Below, piece after piece: positions 29,355-39,118 of a stretch of DNA of 64,000 nt. Within the stretch, counting starts at the first letter, position 1; each line of letters opens with the position of its first letter. Location of the stretch: IMG/VR virus record IMGVR_UViG_3300025520_000005. One strand, written 5' to 3'. The translations under genes and the position numbers were made by a program. This DNA is from a virus. Below the pieces are notes generated by a model that was not told the origin of the DNA, made no database searches, and saw nothing but the letters and a program-made list of their open reading frames with translations.

Positions 29355-31370
29355 ATGGCTAGTAATTCGCCTAATGAACGCATGCGTTTCCTTGACGAGG
29401 CTATGCGCCTGCACGACTGGAAGTATCACGTAGAAGAAGCACCGGAGATCGAGAACGACCAGTATGACGAACTCGAACGTGAATTCCGTGCTTTGTGTGA
29501 TCAGTACCCTGAACTGGCAATGCAATTCGAAAGCCACAGCAAGGTAGTCCCTATTGATATTCCTGCTGACGGTCCGCTGGAAGTAATCCGGTTTACCGAA
29601 GCTATGCTCAGTGCCAAGAAGATCCACACCATTGAGCAGTTGGAAAAGTTTATCACTACTTTTCCAGAGGGTACCAAGTTCGTCTATGAAGTGAAACTGG
29701 ACGGGCTGTCTCTCAAGTTACTCTACAACAAGGGTGTCCTTTCCAAAATGGTTACTCGTGGTTCAGGGATGGTGGGTGAAGACGTTACTCACGCTTATCC
29801 TCTTTTCCATCAGGGGGTTATTCCTCTGGAGATCAGAACTGACCTGGACGAGTTGGAACTGCGCGGTGAAGCCTGGATCAGTATCAAGGACTATCTGGAT
29901 TACAACGCATCGGTTTCTGATGACGAGAAAAAGAAGGATCCTCGCAATGCAGTCAGCGGTTGGGTTAGAACACACGTAGACCGTATGGACCATAAGGTAT
30001 TGAATACCTTACAGTTTTCGGTTTATTGGTCGAACGAAACCTTTGGTCTCGATAGCTACAAAGAGATGAAAGCAAAGTTGGCCAGCATGGGGTTTGATAC
30101 GCCTCAGGAAGTCACCAAAGACCACATCATCATGAACTTGCGGAGTGATCTGATTCCGACTGACGGGATCATGGTGAAGGTAGACGATTTGAAGATCCAG
30201 CATGAAGTCGGTGTGACTAGCCGTCATCCTCGTTGGAGTGTGGGGTATAAGTTCCCCCCAGCCGAAGGTACCCCGATAGTCGAAGCCGTAGAGTGGAGTA
30301 CCAGTGGTTACGGGCGTGTGGTCCCTGTGGTGATTTATTCCCCGATTAAGTTGGGCGGGGTAATGTGTTCAAGGGCATCCTTGGATAACTACGGGACCTT
30401 CATGGAGTTGGGTTTGGGGGTTGGTGATATCATTTCCGTAACTCGGAACAATGATGTTATTCCTCGAGTAAACAACATCCACGAAGTCGGTAGCAATGAA
30501 CCGCTGGAAGCTCCTACAGAGTGCCCTAGCTGTTCTTCCATGTTGGAGGTCAGGATAGGTAAGACTGGTTCCGATCTCGTCTGTAACAACACTGCCGGCT
30601 GTCCTGGACAGTTAGTAGGTCGTACGGTGAACATGGGTGACAAGTTCGGCTTTGATATCGATGGATTGGGTCCAGCTATTGTTCAGGATCTGGTTGATCG
30701 CGGTTATATCAAGCAGCCGGCTGATGTGTTCAGCCTTAAGGGTGTGGCGTTTAACCTAATCTCTGACGCGTTGAAAGCGAACATTGAAAAGGCCCGAGTC
30801 CAGCCATTGCACCGTTTCATTAAAGCATTGGGTCTACCGGATATCGGTATTGTCCTGTCTACTCGTATCGCCAATGCAATTACCGGTGATACGGATGGAT
30901 TTGCTCGTTCTATGGTTATGGCTTATTTGGAAAATGAGGACAAAGACTTGTTTAAGTCGATGTTTGAAGTACTCATGTCCAAGGTCAGTTTCTTGAACAG
31001 CATTTACGGTATATCCGGTGGTATTGCTATGAGTGTGGTTCGTTCTGTTGAATCCCCCATGTTTGACGACAATTTCTGCGCACTTGTGGATAACGTCGTT
31101 ATTGACTTCACTCCTTTGGGTGAGGTAGGCGGGTTCAAGGTAGCGATGACTGGATCATTTGATCAAGGTAAGAAAGCTTTGATTGATGTGTTTGCAAAGG
31201 AGGGTGTTGAACTGAGCGATAAGCTCACGATGGATTGTAAGTACCTGATTGTAGGTGAACGACCTGGTAAAAGTAAACTGTTAAAATCAACTGAGAACGG
31301 TATACCTACGCTGGATGTGAACGACTATTCAAGCGTCCAGGACCTCATTAATTTCATCAAGGAAAACTGA
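29355..31370 (+). CDS. ligA: NAD-dependent DNA ligase
   Basis: EVKLDG, ELRGEA, PRNAVSG, DGIMVK, GYKF motifs; Cys4 zinc finger; C-terminal BRCT. Confidence 0.95.
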   Translation: MASNSPNERMRFLDEAMRLHDWKYHVEEAPEIENDQYDELEREFRALCDQYPELAMQFESHSKVVPIDIPADGPLEVIRFTEAMLSAKKIHTIEQLEKFITTFPEGTKFVYEVKLDGLSLKLLYNKGVLSKMVTRGSGMVGEDVTHAYPLFHQGVIPLEIRTDLDELELRGEAWISIKDYLDYNASVSDDEKKKDPRNAVSGWVRTHVDRMDHKVLNTLQFSVYWSNETFGLDSYKEMKAKLASMGFDTPQEVTKDHIIMNLRSDLIPTDGIMVKVDDLKIQHEVGVTSRHPRWSVGYKFPPAEGTPIVEAVEWSTSGYGRVVPVVIYSPIKLGGVMCSRASLDNYGTFMELGLGVGDIISVTRNNDVIPRVNNIHEVGSNEPLEAPTECPSCSSMLEVRIGKTGSDLVCNNTAGCPGQLVGRTVNMGDKFGFDIDGLGPAIVQDLVDRGYIKQPADVFSLKGVAFNLISDALKANIEKARVQPLHRFIKALGLPDIGIVLSTRIANAITGDTDGFARSMVMAYLENEDKDLFKSMFEVLMSKVSFLNSIYGISGGIAMSVVRSVESPMFDDNFCALVDNVVIDFTPLGEVGGFKVAMTGSFDQGKKALIDVFAKEGVELSDKLTMDCKYLIVGERPGKSKLLKSTENGIPTLDVNDYSSVQDLINFIKEN

Positions 31371-31372
31371 GC

Positions 31373-32830
31373 ATGACTGATAAGAAAGCCGACAAGGTAA
31401 TCGACGAAGCGGTCAAGGAAGTCGCTACTAAAGTCAAGAAGGTAGTCGAGGCTGATAAACCCCTTGTGGCTGAACCTACCATTCGTCCTGCGTCTCCACA
31501 GATCCGACAAGAGTTCGGTAGCCGTCGGACCAACAGTCGTCTGAAGAAGTCGGTTGAGAGCGCCAAACAACTCGGTGCTACTGTAACCGAAGTGGACGCG
31601 GTCAAGGGTCCTAGTGTTGTCATTGCCGGTATGCGCATCAGTCCTATCGCCACTGGCCTCAAGCCCACCGGTGGATCGGGTGACGTGTATGTCTACGAAG
31701 GTAAGGAGTTCTACCTTCCTAACCACCTGATGTATAACCCACACACCCGCAACGGGTTTGACGCCGACGAGCCTTGGGTGGCCAGAACCACGTATAAAGC
31801 TCCCGAAATGTCGTTGTTTGTTTTCGTGTATGACAACGAAACGTTTCATATCCTGATGGACGATCATTCGTCCTTTACCCGGGATGCCGAAGGTTACTAC
31901 CCGCGGACCAAGAGCGGCCAGTTGATCATGATCAACTCGACCAGTCGCAATGACCAGTTCGTTAACCAGGCAGTTCTGGCCAACGTCGAGTCCGAGAACA
32001 ACATCCTCAACCAGAGCCACCTCATCGTGAACTCTAACCGGGTTGGACCGGAACGCGGCTGGGGTGGTTCGGGCCCGTTCAAATTGGGTTCCAAGCGTCA
32101 GAAGTACTCTGACCTTCGCTTGAAGAAGGTGGATGCTATTGACTCCCAATTGACTCGTGGTCGTTACTTCTCCTGCAACTTCACGTCCAGCGCTATCGAC
32201 GGCTCCAGTACCCAAGAAAGTGATCTCAGTCATACCTACCTGACCGAGACCCGTATTAAGGGTGGTCGCATTACCCTCACCGGGCTGAATGGTGAGAAGG
32301 TGGATATCTCTGCTGTCGGCGATGTGCTGGTGAAAGGGGTTGGTCGCATGGAGGGCCAGCAGTGGTCCTTCCCGAGCGTTCACGTTACCAATCGCTTTGC
32401 TTTCACAGAAATCGATTACACCGCCCGGAACGATCGCGGTATCAAGATGGTACGGGTTGACGAAAAGAATGTTGAACTCGCAGTCAACTTCTGGGGTGAG
32501 CACCTTAAGCTGGCGATCGACACGCCTCGCCATACCGTGGAAGTAGTCGTCCGCGACAGCCTTCGTGAAGACAAGGATAAGAAGGCAGAACCCCTTCCTT
32601 TCCAAGGTCCTTTCGGCGGTGGTTACATGGGTCCATTCCAGTCTCAGCTGGGTAGCCGTGGCTTTGCTGGTGAGAAGCCGGGTGAAACTATCCGTAACTT
32701 CATGGAAACCTACATCGTTGACCAAGTGGTGTCTCGCTTGGCCATGATCCAGTTGCTGGATGAAGTAGAAGCTACCGCTAAAGACCTCGCCGGTCGTCGT
32801 GGTGGTGAATACCTCGACTACCTCGAATAA
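31373..32830 (+). CDS. Hypothetical protein, paralogue A
   Basis: 485 aa; shares KMVRVDE.NV block with 32890..34218. Confidence 0.75.
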   Translation: MTDKKADKVIDEAVKEVATKVKKVVEADKPLVAEPTIRPASPQIRQEFGSRRTNSRLKKSVESAKQLGATVTEVDAVKGPSVVIAGMRISPIATGLKPTGGSGDVYVYEGKEFYLPNHLMYNPHTRNGFDADEPWVARTTYKAPEMSLFVFVYDNETFHILMDDHSSFTRDAEGYYPRTKSGQLIMINSTSRNDQFVNQAVLANVESENNILNQSHLIVNSNRVGPERGWGGSGPFKLGSKRQKYSDLRLKKVDAIDSQLTRGRYFSCNFTSSAIDGSSTQESDLSHTYLTETRIKGGRITLTGLNGEKVDISAVGDVLVKGVGRMEGQQWSFPSVHVTNRFAFTEIDYTARNDRGIKMVRVDEKNVELAVNFWGEHLKLAIDTPRHTVEVVVRDSLREDKDKKAEPLPFQGPFGGGYMGPFQSQLGSRGFAGEKPGETIRNFMETYIVDQVVSRLAMIQLLDEVEATAKDLAGRRGGEYLDYLE

Positions 32831-32842
32831 CACCCCCTGTAC

Positions 32843-32868
32843 CTGAGTAACCCCTAGGGGTTACTCAG
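32843..32868. repeat. 26-bp perfect palindrome
   Basis: CTGAGTAACCCCTAGGGGTTACTCAG. Confidence 0.9.
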
Positions 32869-32889
32869 TGTTTACCTAAGGAAAAGAAA

Positions 32890-34218
32890 ATGACCAAGAA
32901 AACTGATACCAAAGCAGAAGCCACCACCTCGGTCGTTGCACCCGTCACCAAACGCATTGGTAGCCCAGGGGTGATCGCCATCGGCGGTACCGTCCTAGTC
33001 CCCATTGCTCAATTTGATAAGATCAATGGACCGATCTATCATAATGATATACTGCTGATGGATTATGACTTTACTGTAATTGGGGACCTAAAAGCCAAAC
33101 TCAATCTGTACTCATACAGTGTAAACATGGACGGTAAGACAACAGCGCTTGACCTGTTCATTTTGGCGGATGAGTTGTCGTCCCTTGATATTGAGATCCC
33201 GACTCATTTGGATTTCCAGGACGACTCGTTCAGTGTTATAACTCTGGTTAACTCAGCCAGTAAGAACGACTATTTCCGCGGGACGGTGATGTTGGTTAAC
33301 GTTGACACATCTGAGAGCGCGTTCGAGGATTCTATTATTCGGTTACAGGGTCACTTTTATGGTGAGACCTACGAGAACGCTCCGAAGAACCCAATCCAGC
33401 GTCGTATTGCAATCTATGACGTCGATGCAGTAAAGCTACAGTTTAAAGGTCGTCAGTTACCACCAGGGAACTACCACCATTCAGATTTGTTCGAGAACGT
33501 GTTTGTTCGAGGTGAACGGGAAGACGACAAGCGCACGGTAAGTATCCTTAACAGTACCCTTCGTTACAACAGTTTCCGTGAAGGGGATATCAGTATCGTG
33601 GGTTCAACGGTTAGTTCTACCGGGTTCCATTTTACTGGTGACGTCAAGTTAAATAACGTTACTGTAGATGCCGAGTATTTAGGGGATTTCCCTAGCGTTT
33701 ACCTGGCCAGCAAATTTGACTTGACCAATATCGACGTCGCGGGGGTCAATCCGGCAAAAATGGTTCGTGTGGATGAGGATAACGTGATCATCACTCTTCC
33801 TCCAGCCAGGAAGGAATACATTGCGGGTAGTTTAAACCACAGACTCTGCACAATGTCGTTCCGTAACCCACGTTCCCGCCGCGGTCTGCGTAATCAGGTT
33901 AAGGATGTACTTTTCGGTGACGTCATGCCGAGCGAGATGGAAGAAAGCGTAGTGGACTACTTCGTAGAAACCGTGATGTCTCGTTGCAGCATGATGAACT
34001 TGATAGACAGCGCCCGGCGTCTGTTGGCCGGTAATCTGTTGGGTGTTAAAGACGAAGCGAAGAAAAGCCTCCGTCGCGAAATGGGTCCCATGCAACGTGA
34101 ACAAACTGCGTCTGTTGACGGACTCCCTGTCCCTAGACTGTCTGACTATGGCACGTCTACCAGTTTAGCAAATGAATACGACAAGACCATTTATATTGAT
34201 AGTGTCGGTAAATTTTAA
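32890..34218 (+). CDS. Hypothetical protein, paralogue B
   Basis: 442 aa; shares blocks with 31373..32830. Confidence 0.75.
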   Translation: MTKKTDTKAEATTSVVAPVTKRIGSPGVIAIGGTVLVPIAQFDKINGPIYHNDILLMDYDFTVIGDLKAKLNLYSYSVNMDGKTTALDLFILADELSSLDIEIPTHLDFQDDSFSVITLVNSASKNDYFRGTVMLVNVDTSESAFEDSIIRLQGHFYGETYENAPKNPIQRRIAIYDVDAVKLQFKGRQLPPGNYHHSDLFENVFVRGEREDDKRTVSILNSTLRYNSFREGDISIVGSTVSSTGFHFTGDVKLNNVTVDAEYLGDFPSVYLASKFDLTNIDVAGVNPAKMVRVDEDNVIITLPPARKEYIAGSLNHRLCTMSFRNPRSRRGLRNQVKDVLFGDVMPSEMEESVVDYFVETVMSRCSMMNLIDSARRLLAGNLLGVKDEAKKSLRREMGPMQREQTASVDGLPVPRLSDYGTSTSLANEYDKTIYIDSVGKF

Positions 34219-34231
34219 TTACGAGGTGTAA

Positions 34232-34723
34232 ATGTCTAAGCCTAAGCAAGATCATTACATCATCTATACGGATGGTGCTTGTAAGGGCAACCCAGGGCCC
34301 GGTGGCTATGGGGTCTATGCTCAGCTGGGGGATACGGTGACCGAGCTGAGCAAGGGCTACAAGCATACTACAAACAACCGTATGGAGGTGATGGCAGTAA
34401 TCGCGGCACTGGAAGAGTTCGGCCCGGGGATTAAGGTCGATATCTACACAGACTCTGATTACACCATCAAGGCAGCCACCAAATGGATTAAAGGTTGGGC
34501 TCGCAACAACTGGGTTACTTACAACACAGGGTTGCCTGTGAAGAACCGTGATCTCCACATGGTCTTCAACGAGCTCCTGAAACTGAACAAGGTTAAGTTC
34601 CATTGGGTTAGGGGGCACTCGGGTAACTTCGGTAACGAGAAGGCTGACAAATTGGCTTCAGATGCTTGTGCCAATCCGGAAACAATCGATGTAGGGTATA
34701 TGCGGTCAATAGGGGCTATTTAA
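34232..34723 (+). CDS. rnhA: Ribonuclease HI
   Basis: YTDGACKGNPGPGG, TNNRME, TDSDY, VRGHSG.FGNEKAD. Confidence 0.97.
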   Translation: MSKPKQDHYIIYTDGACKGNPGPGGYGVYAQLGDTVTELSKGYKHTTNNRMEVMAVIAALEEFGPGIKVDIYTDSDYTIKAATKWIKGWARNNWVTYNTGLPVKNRDLHMVFNELLKLNKVKFHWVRGHSGNFGNEKADKLASDACANPETIDVGYMRSIGAI

Positions 34724-34735
34724 GCCCCACTTTAA

Positions 34736-35191
34736 TTGGAAAAGGAGAAGGGGATGGATGGTACCGTTGTTGTAGAGAACAATACCGTCGTACTTGCGTT
34801 ATTTGAAAAGGTCATGAAGATCAACACAAAGCGCAAGCACGTAAGCATTCGGAATAAATACGCAATCGGGATTGTTCGGAAAGACCAAGAGATTCTAATC
34901 TTCGACTATGACCGTTCGGCTCGACCCTTGGCAAAGATCAAGAAAGCCGGAAAGGTTATGGTGTTACGATTAGGGTTTGAAATTGCTGAAACTATAACTG
35001 TACTGCAAAACCTGGTTCGTATTCTTAAGGCGGTGGCAGAGCCTAAGGAAGCGCAACCAGTAGAGCGTCCTGTGCACTATCCTCAAATTGCTTCACCTGT
35101 AAGCGATCCTTGTAGTTCGATAGGGATCAACAAAGACGGCAAGGTCCTTGTAATGAACAACACGCAATTCAAGACCAGGGCCGAGGCATGA
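34736..35191 (+). CDS. Hypothetical protein
   Basis: Operon-coupled ORF; start may be the downstream ATG after AGGAG. Confidence 0.65.
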   Translation: MEKEKGMDGTVVVENNTVVLALFEKVMKINTKRKHVSIRNKYAIGIVRKDQEILIFDYDRSARPLAKIKKAGKVMVLRLGFEIAETITVLQNLVRILKAVAEPKEAQPVERPVHYPQIASPVSDPCSSIGINKDGKVLVMNNTQFKTRAEA

Positions 35192-35538
35192 GTCCTCTCA
35201 GTAAAAAGCCCGATCTGTTCGCACTAAATAATAAAGCCAACCAGGAGCCTGTAATGTATTACTTTTTTAAGCACAAGGGGGTATGGCGGTATAAGTGTCC
35301 GGGGCGGGTTAGCGCGGACACGGTCGACACCTTTGCGATAGAGCGCGTGTTGGGTGTCATGGGTGGTCCTGAAGTTATTGTGGTTCGAAAGCAACCAGAT
35401 GGCAAGGTTTATCACATCAACGTTAAGAACGGGTTCATTGACAAAGTTGAACGTCTTGACCCTATTGTTGGTGAGTTGGCTGATGGTATTGAGTACATTG
35501 AAGTAAACGAATTTCACGCTAAGGAAATCACCCTATGA
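35188..35538 (+). CDS. Hypothetical protein
   Basis: ATGA overlaps at both ends. Confidence 0.65.
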   Translation: MSPLSKKPDLFALNNKANQEPVMYYFFKHKGVWRYKCPGRVSADTVDTFAIERVLGVMGGPEVIVVRKQPDGKVYHINVKNGFIDKVERLDPIVGELADGIEYIEVNEFHAKEITL

Positions 35539-36260
35539 CCGTTCAAGAGAATCTTCCGCTTTCATTGCACCATGTCGACGCCGAGTGGGTTAATCAGCGC
35601 GCTAAAGAGCTGAGTGACTCCCGTGGCCACAAACGCCCTGACGTTAAGGGTGCTTTGTCTGACGCCGCTGATAAGTTTATGGATGAGGTTGGGGATAACC
35701 TCGATGATTCCCGTGATTTGGTTGTTTATCAACCCTCCGGTGATTCTGATCCGTACATCATTGCTGTTCCGATTAAAGACGCCATTACGCTCCAGCCAAT
35801 GGCCGCGACTGTAGAACCACTCCCTCCGGTACCTTTCAAGTTGCACGAGGTACCCAACACCATCCAGGAAGATTTCGAGAATGCTCTTTTCGAAACCGAA
35901 GTAGGGGCAACCCCTTCTGAACTGGCAAAGGACTCTGACGGTCGTTACCTCAGCAGTCGTATTCGTCTCTTGTGGTTCGGGTTCAACCTCTACCACCAGA
36001 AAATGACCATGGCTCGCCGTACTGAATTCCGTGAGGCTTACCACAAGCCATTGGGGAGTTACATCGTCGGTAAGGTGTTCGAGAACGGCGGGACTATCTT
36101 CACCAAGGTACCTACTCGTTTCCGCACCAAAGCCCTGGCGTTCGAGGAAGCTAACCGCCTCCTGGATGAGCACGGTGAGGCGTGGGGAGTTTGGCGCTGC
36201 GTTGACATCCTTGGTAAGGGTGACGTAAAGCCGGTCGAAGAAGACGCTCACAATGAATGA
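35535..36260 (+). CDS. Hypothetical protein
   Basis: 241 aa, coupled ORF. Confidence 0.7.
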   Translation: MTVQENLPLSLHHVDAEWVNQRAKELSDSRGHKRPDVKGALSDAADKFMDEVGDNLDDSRDLVVYQPSGDSDPYIIAVPIKDAITLQPMAATVEPLPPVPFKLHEVPNTIQEDFENALFETEVGATPSELAKDSDGRYLSSRIRLLWFGFNLYHQKMTMARRTEFREAYHKPLGSYIVGKVFENGGTIFTKVPTRFRTKALAFEEANRLLDEHGEAWGVWRCVDILGKGDVKPVEEDAHNE

Positions 36261-36663
36261 GAACGTATGCACTTACGTCGGTAGTCGTTATGGCGAGGGG
36301 GTCACCGAAGAGTCAGTTAAAGATTTGACGGTTAAGGACCTTTACGAGGAACTGGCTAGCAAGACGCTGGTTCTTCGGGCTTGGTTCTTTCCGGGGTCTG
36401 AAGTTGTGGTACGGACTTCTTCTCCCAATGAAGGTCCTTTGGCGGTCCATATCTTTGACTTCAGAACTCGTCTTGACCCTGTAGTTATTGTAATGAAAAA
36501 AGACGATGTTCTGCACGTGCATTTGGTGGCTGACCACCGTTTCCAGGAACCCGCGGTAAAGGCTTTCATGAAAGCGGTATTGGAAATGCACAAGAAGCTT
36601 CCGGTCTACGATCCGGCCGCGGTTAAGGCACCCCCTGGGTTTTGCGCCCAGCTAAAAGAGTAA
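36253..36663 (+). CDS. Hypothetical protein
   Basis: 136 aa, coupled ORF. Confidence 0.65.
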   Translation: MNENVCTYVGSRYGEGVTEESVKDLTVKDLYEELASKTLVLRAWFFPGSEVVVRTSSPNEGPLAVHIFDFRTRLDPVVIVMKKDDVLHVHLVADHRFQEPAVKAFMKAVLEMHKKLPVYDPAAVKAPPGFCAQLKE

Positions 36664-36700
36664 AGGGATTTTATAGTCCTTAACTCGACCGGGAACTGAC

Positions 36701-37129
36701 ATGGCGGCTAGTAAAGCAAGTTTTGTCCAAGTCCTGTTGCAAGAACCAGAGCGAAGTGAAATCCTAGGGTTGTTGGTACAGGCACATTTTGAAATGCCCA
36801 AGTATCCCCTTCATTGTACAGTGATGTATGACGATCGGGAACTGGATCAGCCGTTGTGTACTGTAAACCCTAATAAGGTCTACGAGGCTACGATTCAGAA
36901 CGTTGAAGTGCTTGGTGACGGGTTAGTGTTCCATTTGATCTCTCCTTCATTGGTAGAGGAACACCTGCGGTTGAAAGACCGGGGTTATCAGTCGTCCTTT
37001 GGTGCTTATCTTCCTCATATGTCCATGGCGTATAAGTTTGATAAGTACGAGGTCCTTAAAGCAGACTTCTTGTTTGCTAGCTGGGCTGGGCGTAAGTTAA
37101 CCTTCAGCGAGCAGCAGTTTGGTGATTAA
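36701..37129 (+). CDS. 2H phosphoesterase, Acb1 (T4 gp57B)-like anti-CBASS nuclease candidate
   Basis: Two HxT/S motifs LHCTVMYD and YLPHMSMAY, 142 aa, spacing and LVFHL.S..L...H.....G....F..Y.PH pattern like Acb1. Confidence 0.75.
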   Translation: MAASKASFVQVLLQEPERSEILGLLVQAHFEMPKYPLHCTVMYDDRELDQPLCTVNPNKVYEATIQNVEVLGDGLVFHLISPSLVEEHLRLKDRGYQSSFGAYLPHMSMAYKFDKYEVLKADFLFASWAGRKLTFSEQQFGD

Positions 37130-37138
37130 TAGGCAATA

Positions 37139-37164
37139 CCTACCCAGTCCTAGGACTGGGTAGG
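37139..37164. terminator. 26-bp perfect palindrome / terminator
   Basis: CCTACCCAGTCCTAGGACTGGGTAGG followed by T-rich tract. Confidence 0.75.
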
Positions 37165-37207
37165 GTCTATTATGCATTTTAATTTTTAAGTTGCAGATTG
37201 GTTCAAG

Positions 37208-37217
37208 TCTATATTAC
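37208..37217 (+). promoter_or_regulatory. Putative early promoter motif
   Basis: TCTATATTAC in AT-rich intergenic region. Confidence 0.7.
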
Positions 37218-37279
37218 TCGTGTGAATAAACAACGCAATGTTTTAACTCATTGTCTGTTAACTGTATTGGAGAATCGTT

Positions 37280-38644
37280 ATGACCGTTACTAAAGCTCAA
37301 GCTGTATTCGCTGATTCGATGGAACTGGTTAAAGAGCGTATCAAAGCTCTCCAGGCGGAAAAGAAATCCCGCAACGAAGTTCTGATCGAACTGAACAAAC
37401 TGATTCACGATCCTGAACTGTTCGCTCAGAAGCAGCGCGCCAACGCAGTTCGTGACATCAACAAAGCCTTCGGTCTGAAAGTCAGCATGAATGAAATCAA
37501 GCGGGCTATCAAAACCGTGAACACCGCGAAGCCCGAGTCGGCTACTCCGGTGGATGGTCTGAGCGGCAAAGCCACTCTGGACCTCGAGCAACATGCTCAT
37601 AAAGGCCCGGCTGAAACAGGAACTACCAAAGCTCCTGCTGCTGCGACTGCCGCTAAACCTGCTAGTAGCAAACGTGGCCAATCGGTCGCTAAACCTGCCG
37701 CTACCAAACCCACCGCTCCCGCCAACTCGAACACCACTCAGGAAGATACCACCATGCGCTCCGTCAAAGAAACCCTGCAAGCCGTATCCGACCGCATCAA
37801 CGTCGACGCTCCTCAGTCCCACGAGCAGAAGGTCTCCGCCCTGACCTCGATTCTGGCCGGCGCCGGTGCAACCACCGAAGAAGCTCGCATCGAACTGATC
37901 AATGGCTTCATCGCCGCCAACCCGGCTCTGGCCGGGACCTGGAACCTGATGAAGGCTTACCCACAAGGTGAGCACGGCGTCGTCGGTACTCTGGTCGCCT
38001 ACCTGGAAATCGATCCGGACAACAAGGCCAAGTTCGACAGCTACCTGGCTCCTGTTGCCGGCGTTGAAGAACCTGCCGCTCCTGCTGCCGCATTCGTTGC
38101 ACCGGTTGCCGACCTCGGTACCGCTGCTGCCACGGCCGCAATCAACGCCGCTTCTGCGGCCAACCCTCCATCCCCTGGCAATACCGCCAAACCAGAAGTC
38201 GCCGTGGAAGTCCAAGTGGCTGCCAGCGGCGTGAAGGAAAAGTTCATGACCACAATCCGCGGCAATCGTGAAACCGGCTTTTCCAGCGGCACAGTAGCCG
38301 CAGCTACCGCACTCGTTGGCGGTGGCCTGGAAATGGCTTTCAAAGGCAGTGCCTCCATCGGTGCCGGCGTCGGTACCGCTGTGGGTGCTACTGGCGCTTA
38401 CTTCCTGGGTAACGCTACCGAGAAGCTGATGGAAACCGAAACCGGTCGTTACCTGCTGGCTGGTGCCATCGGCGTCGTTGCCGGTGGTCTGGGTAGCCGT
38501 CTGGGCCGTGAAGTGCAAGGCAAGTACGTGATGCCAGCGATCGAATCCGCCGGCGTCCTGGAAACCCTGCCGACCACTCCTGCCGTTCAACCGGGCGGCC
38601 TGGTGGCCAACCCTGAAGCACTGCTGGGCATGTTCAACCTGTAA
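37280..38644 (+). CDS. Ala/Pro/Thr-rich protein with C-terminal glycine-zipper membrane helices
   Basis: GxxxG runs in GAGVGTAVGATG and AGAIGVVAGGLG; strong C-ending codon bias; stand-alone unit. Confidence 0.75.
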   Translation: MTVTKAQAVFADSMELVKERIKALQAEKKSRNEVLIELNKLIHDPELFAQKQRANAVRDINKAFGLKVSMNEIKRAIKTVNTAKPESATPVDGLSGKATLDLEQHAHKGPAETGTTKAPAAATAAKPASSKRGQSVAKPAATKPTAPANSNTTQEDTTMRSVKETLQAVSDRINVDAPQSHEQKVSALTSILAGAGATTEEARIELINGFIAANPALAGTWNLMKAYPQGEHGVVGTLVAYLEIDPDNKAKFDSYLAPVAGVEEPAAPAAAFVAPVADLGTAAATAAINAASAANPPSPGNTAKPEVAVEVQVAASGVKEKFMTTIRGNRETGFSSGTVAAATALVGGGLEMAFKGSASIGAGVGTAVGATGAYFLGNATEKLMETETGRYLLAGAIGVVAGGLGSRLGREVQGKYVMPAIESAGVLETLPTTPAVQPGGLVANPEALLGMFNL

Positions 38645-38667
38645 TCTGTAACTGACATCCCCTTTAT

Positions 38668-38695
38668 AGGGAACCTTCGGGTTCCCTTATTTTTT
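38668..38695 (+). terminator. Intrinsic terminator, UUCG loop
   Basis: AGGGAACC-TTCG-GGTTCCCT-TATTTTTT. Confidence 0.9.
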
Positions 38696-38715
38696 AGTTC
38701 AAGAGAGTAAATGAG

Positions 38716-39108
38716 ATGACTGCTAATTTTTCTGTTGTGCAAGTTCAAGTCAAAAACGAGTCCGGGACTGTCCTGCTCTATGTTAAACGGATTGAAGGTA
38801 TCTTGGGGATGCCGGGTGCTATTGATTTTTGTACAAACCCATGGGAAGCCGATCGCCCGACTCTCTGCAACAGTTTGTTCGATGAAGTCTATCACGAGCT
38901 CAATAACGAACGTGATAACAACTACGTTTACGACCGCCTGCGCAATAACGAGGGCTGTGGTCACGGTGCTCAGCTTGTTCAAGTGCATCGGGTCGATGTT
39001 GTTCGTAATGGGTGGAACGTCGAAGTTAACGTTTCCAAGAGCTCAGCGAGGTTGGCTATTCAGGCGTTGGCTAAATCGACCAACAAAATCGTTGTTCTCA
39101 AATTCTAA
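38716..39108 (+). CDS. Hypothetical protein
   Basis: 130 aa ORF. Confidence 0.6.
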   Translation: MTANFSVVQVQVKNESGTVLLYVKRIEGILGMPGAIDFCTNPWEADRPTLCNSLFDEVYHELNNERDNNYVYDRLRNNEGCGHGAQLVQVHRVDVVRNGWNVEVNVSKSSARLAIQALAKSTNKIVVLKF

Positions 39109-39118
39109 TTAAAGAGGG

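Noticed and set aside
31325-32833. 502-aa minus-strand ORF
   Set aside because: Exact mirror of 31373..32830; stop depletion explained by codon bias
35535-35620. LHHVDAEWVNQ as another WxxW module
   Set aside because: Lacks N-P and the second aromatic residue; too weak without an HMM score
37214-38590. 458-aa minus-strand Gly-rich ORF
   Set aside because: Mirror of the GC-rich 37280 gene; promoter, RBS and terminator all support the plus strand
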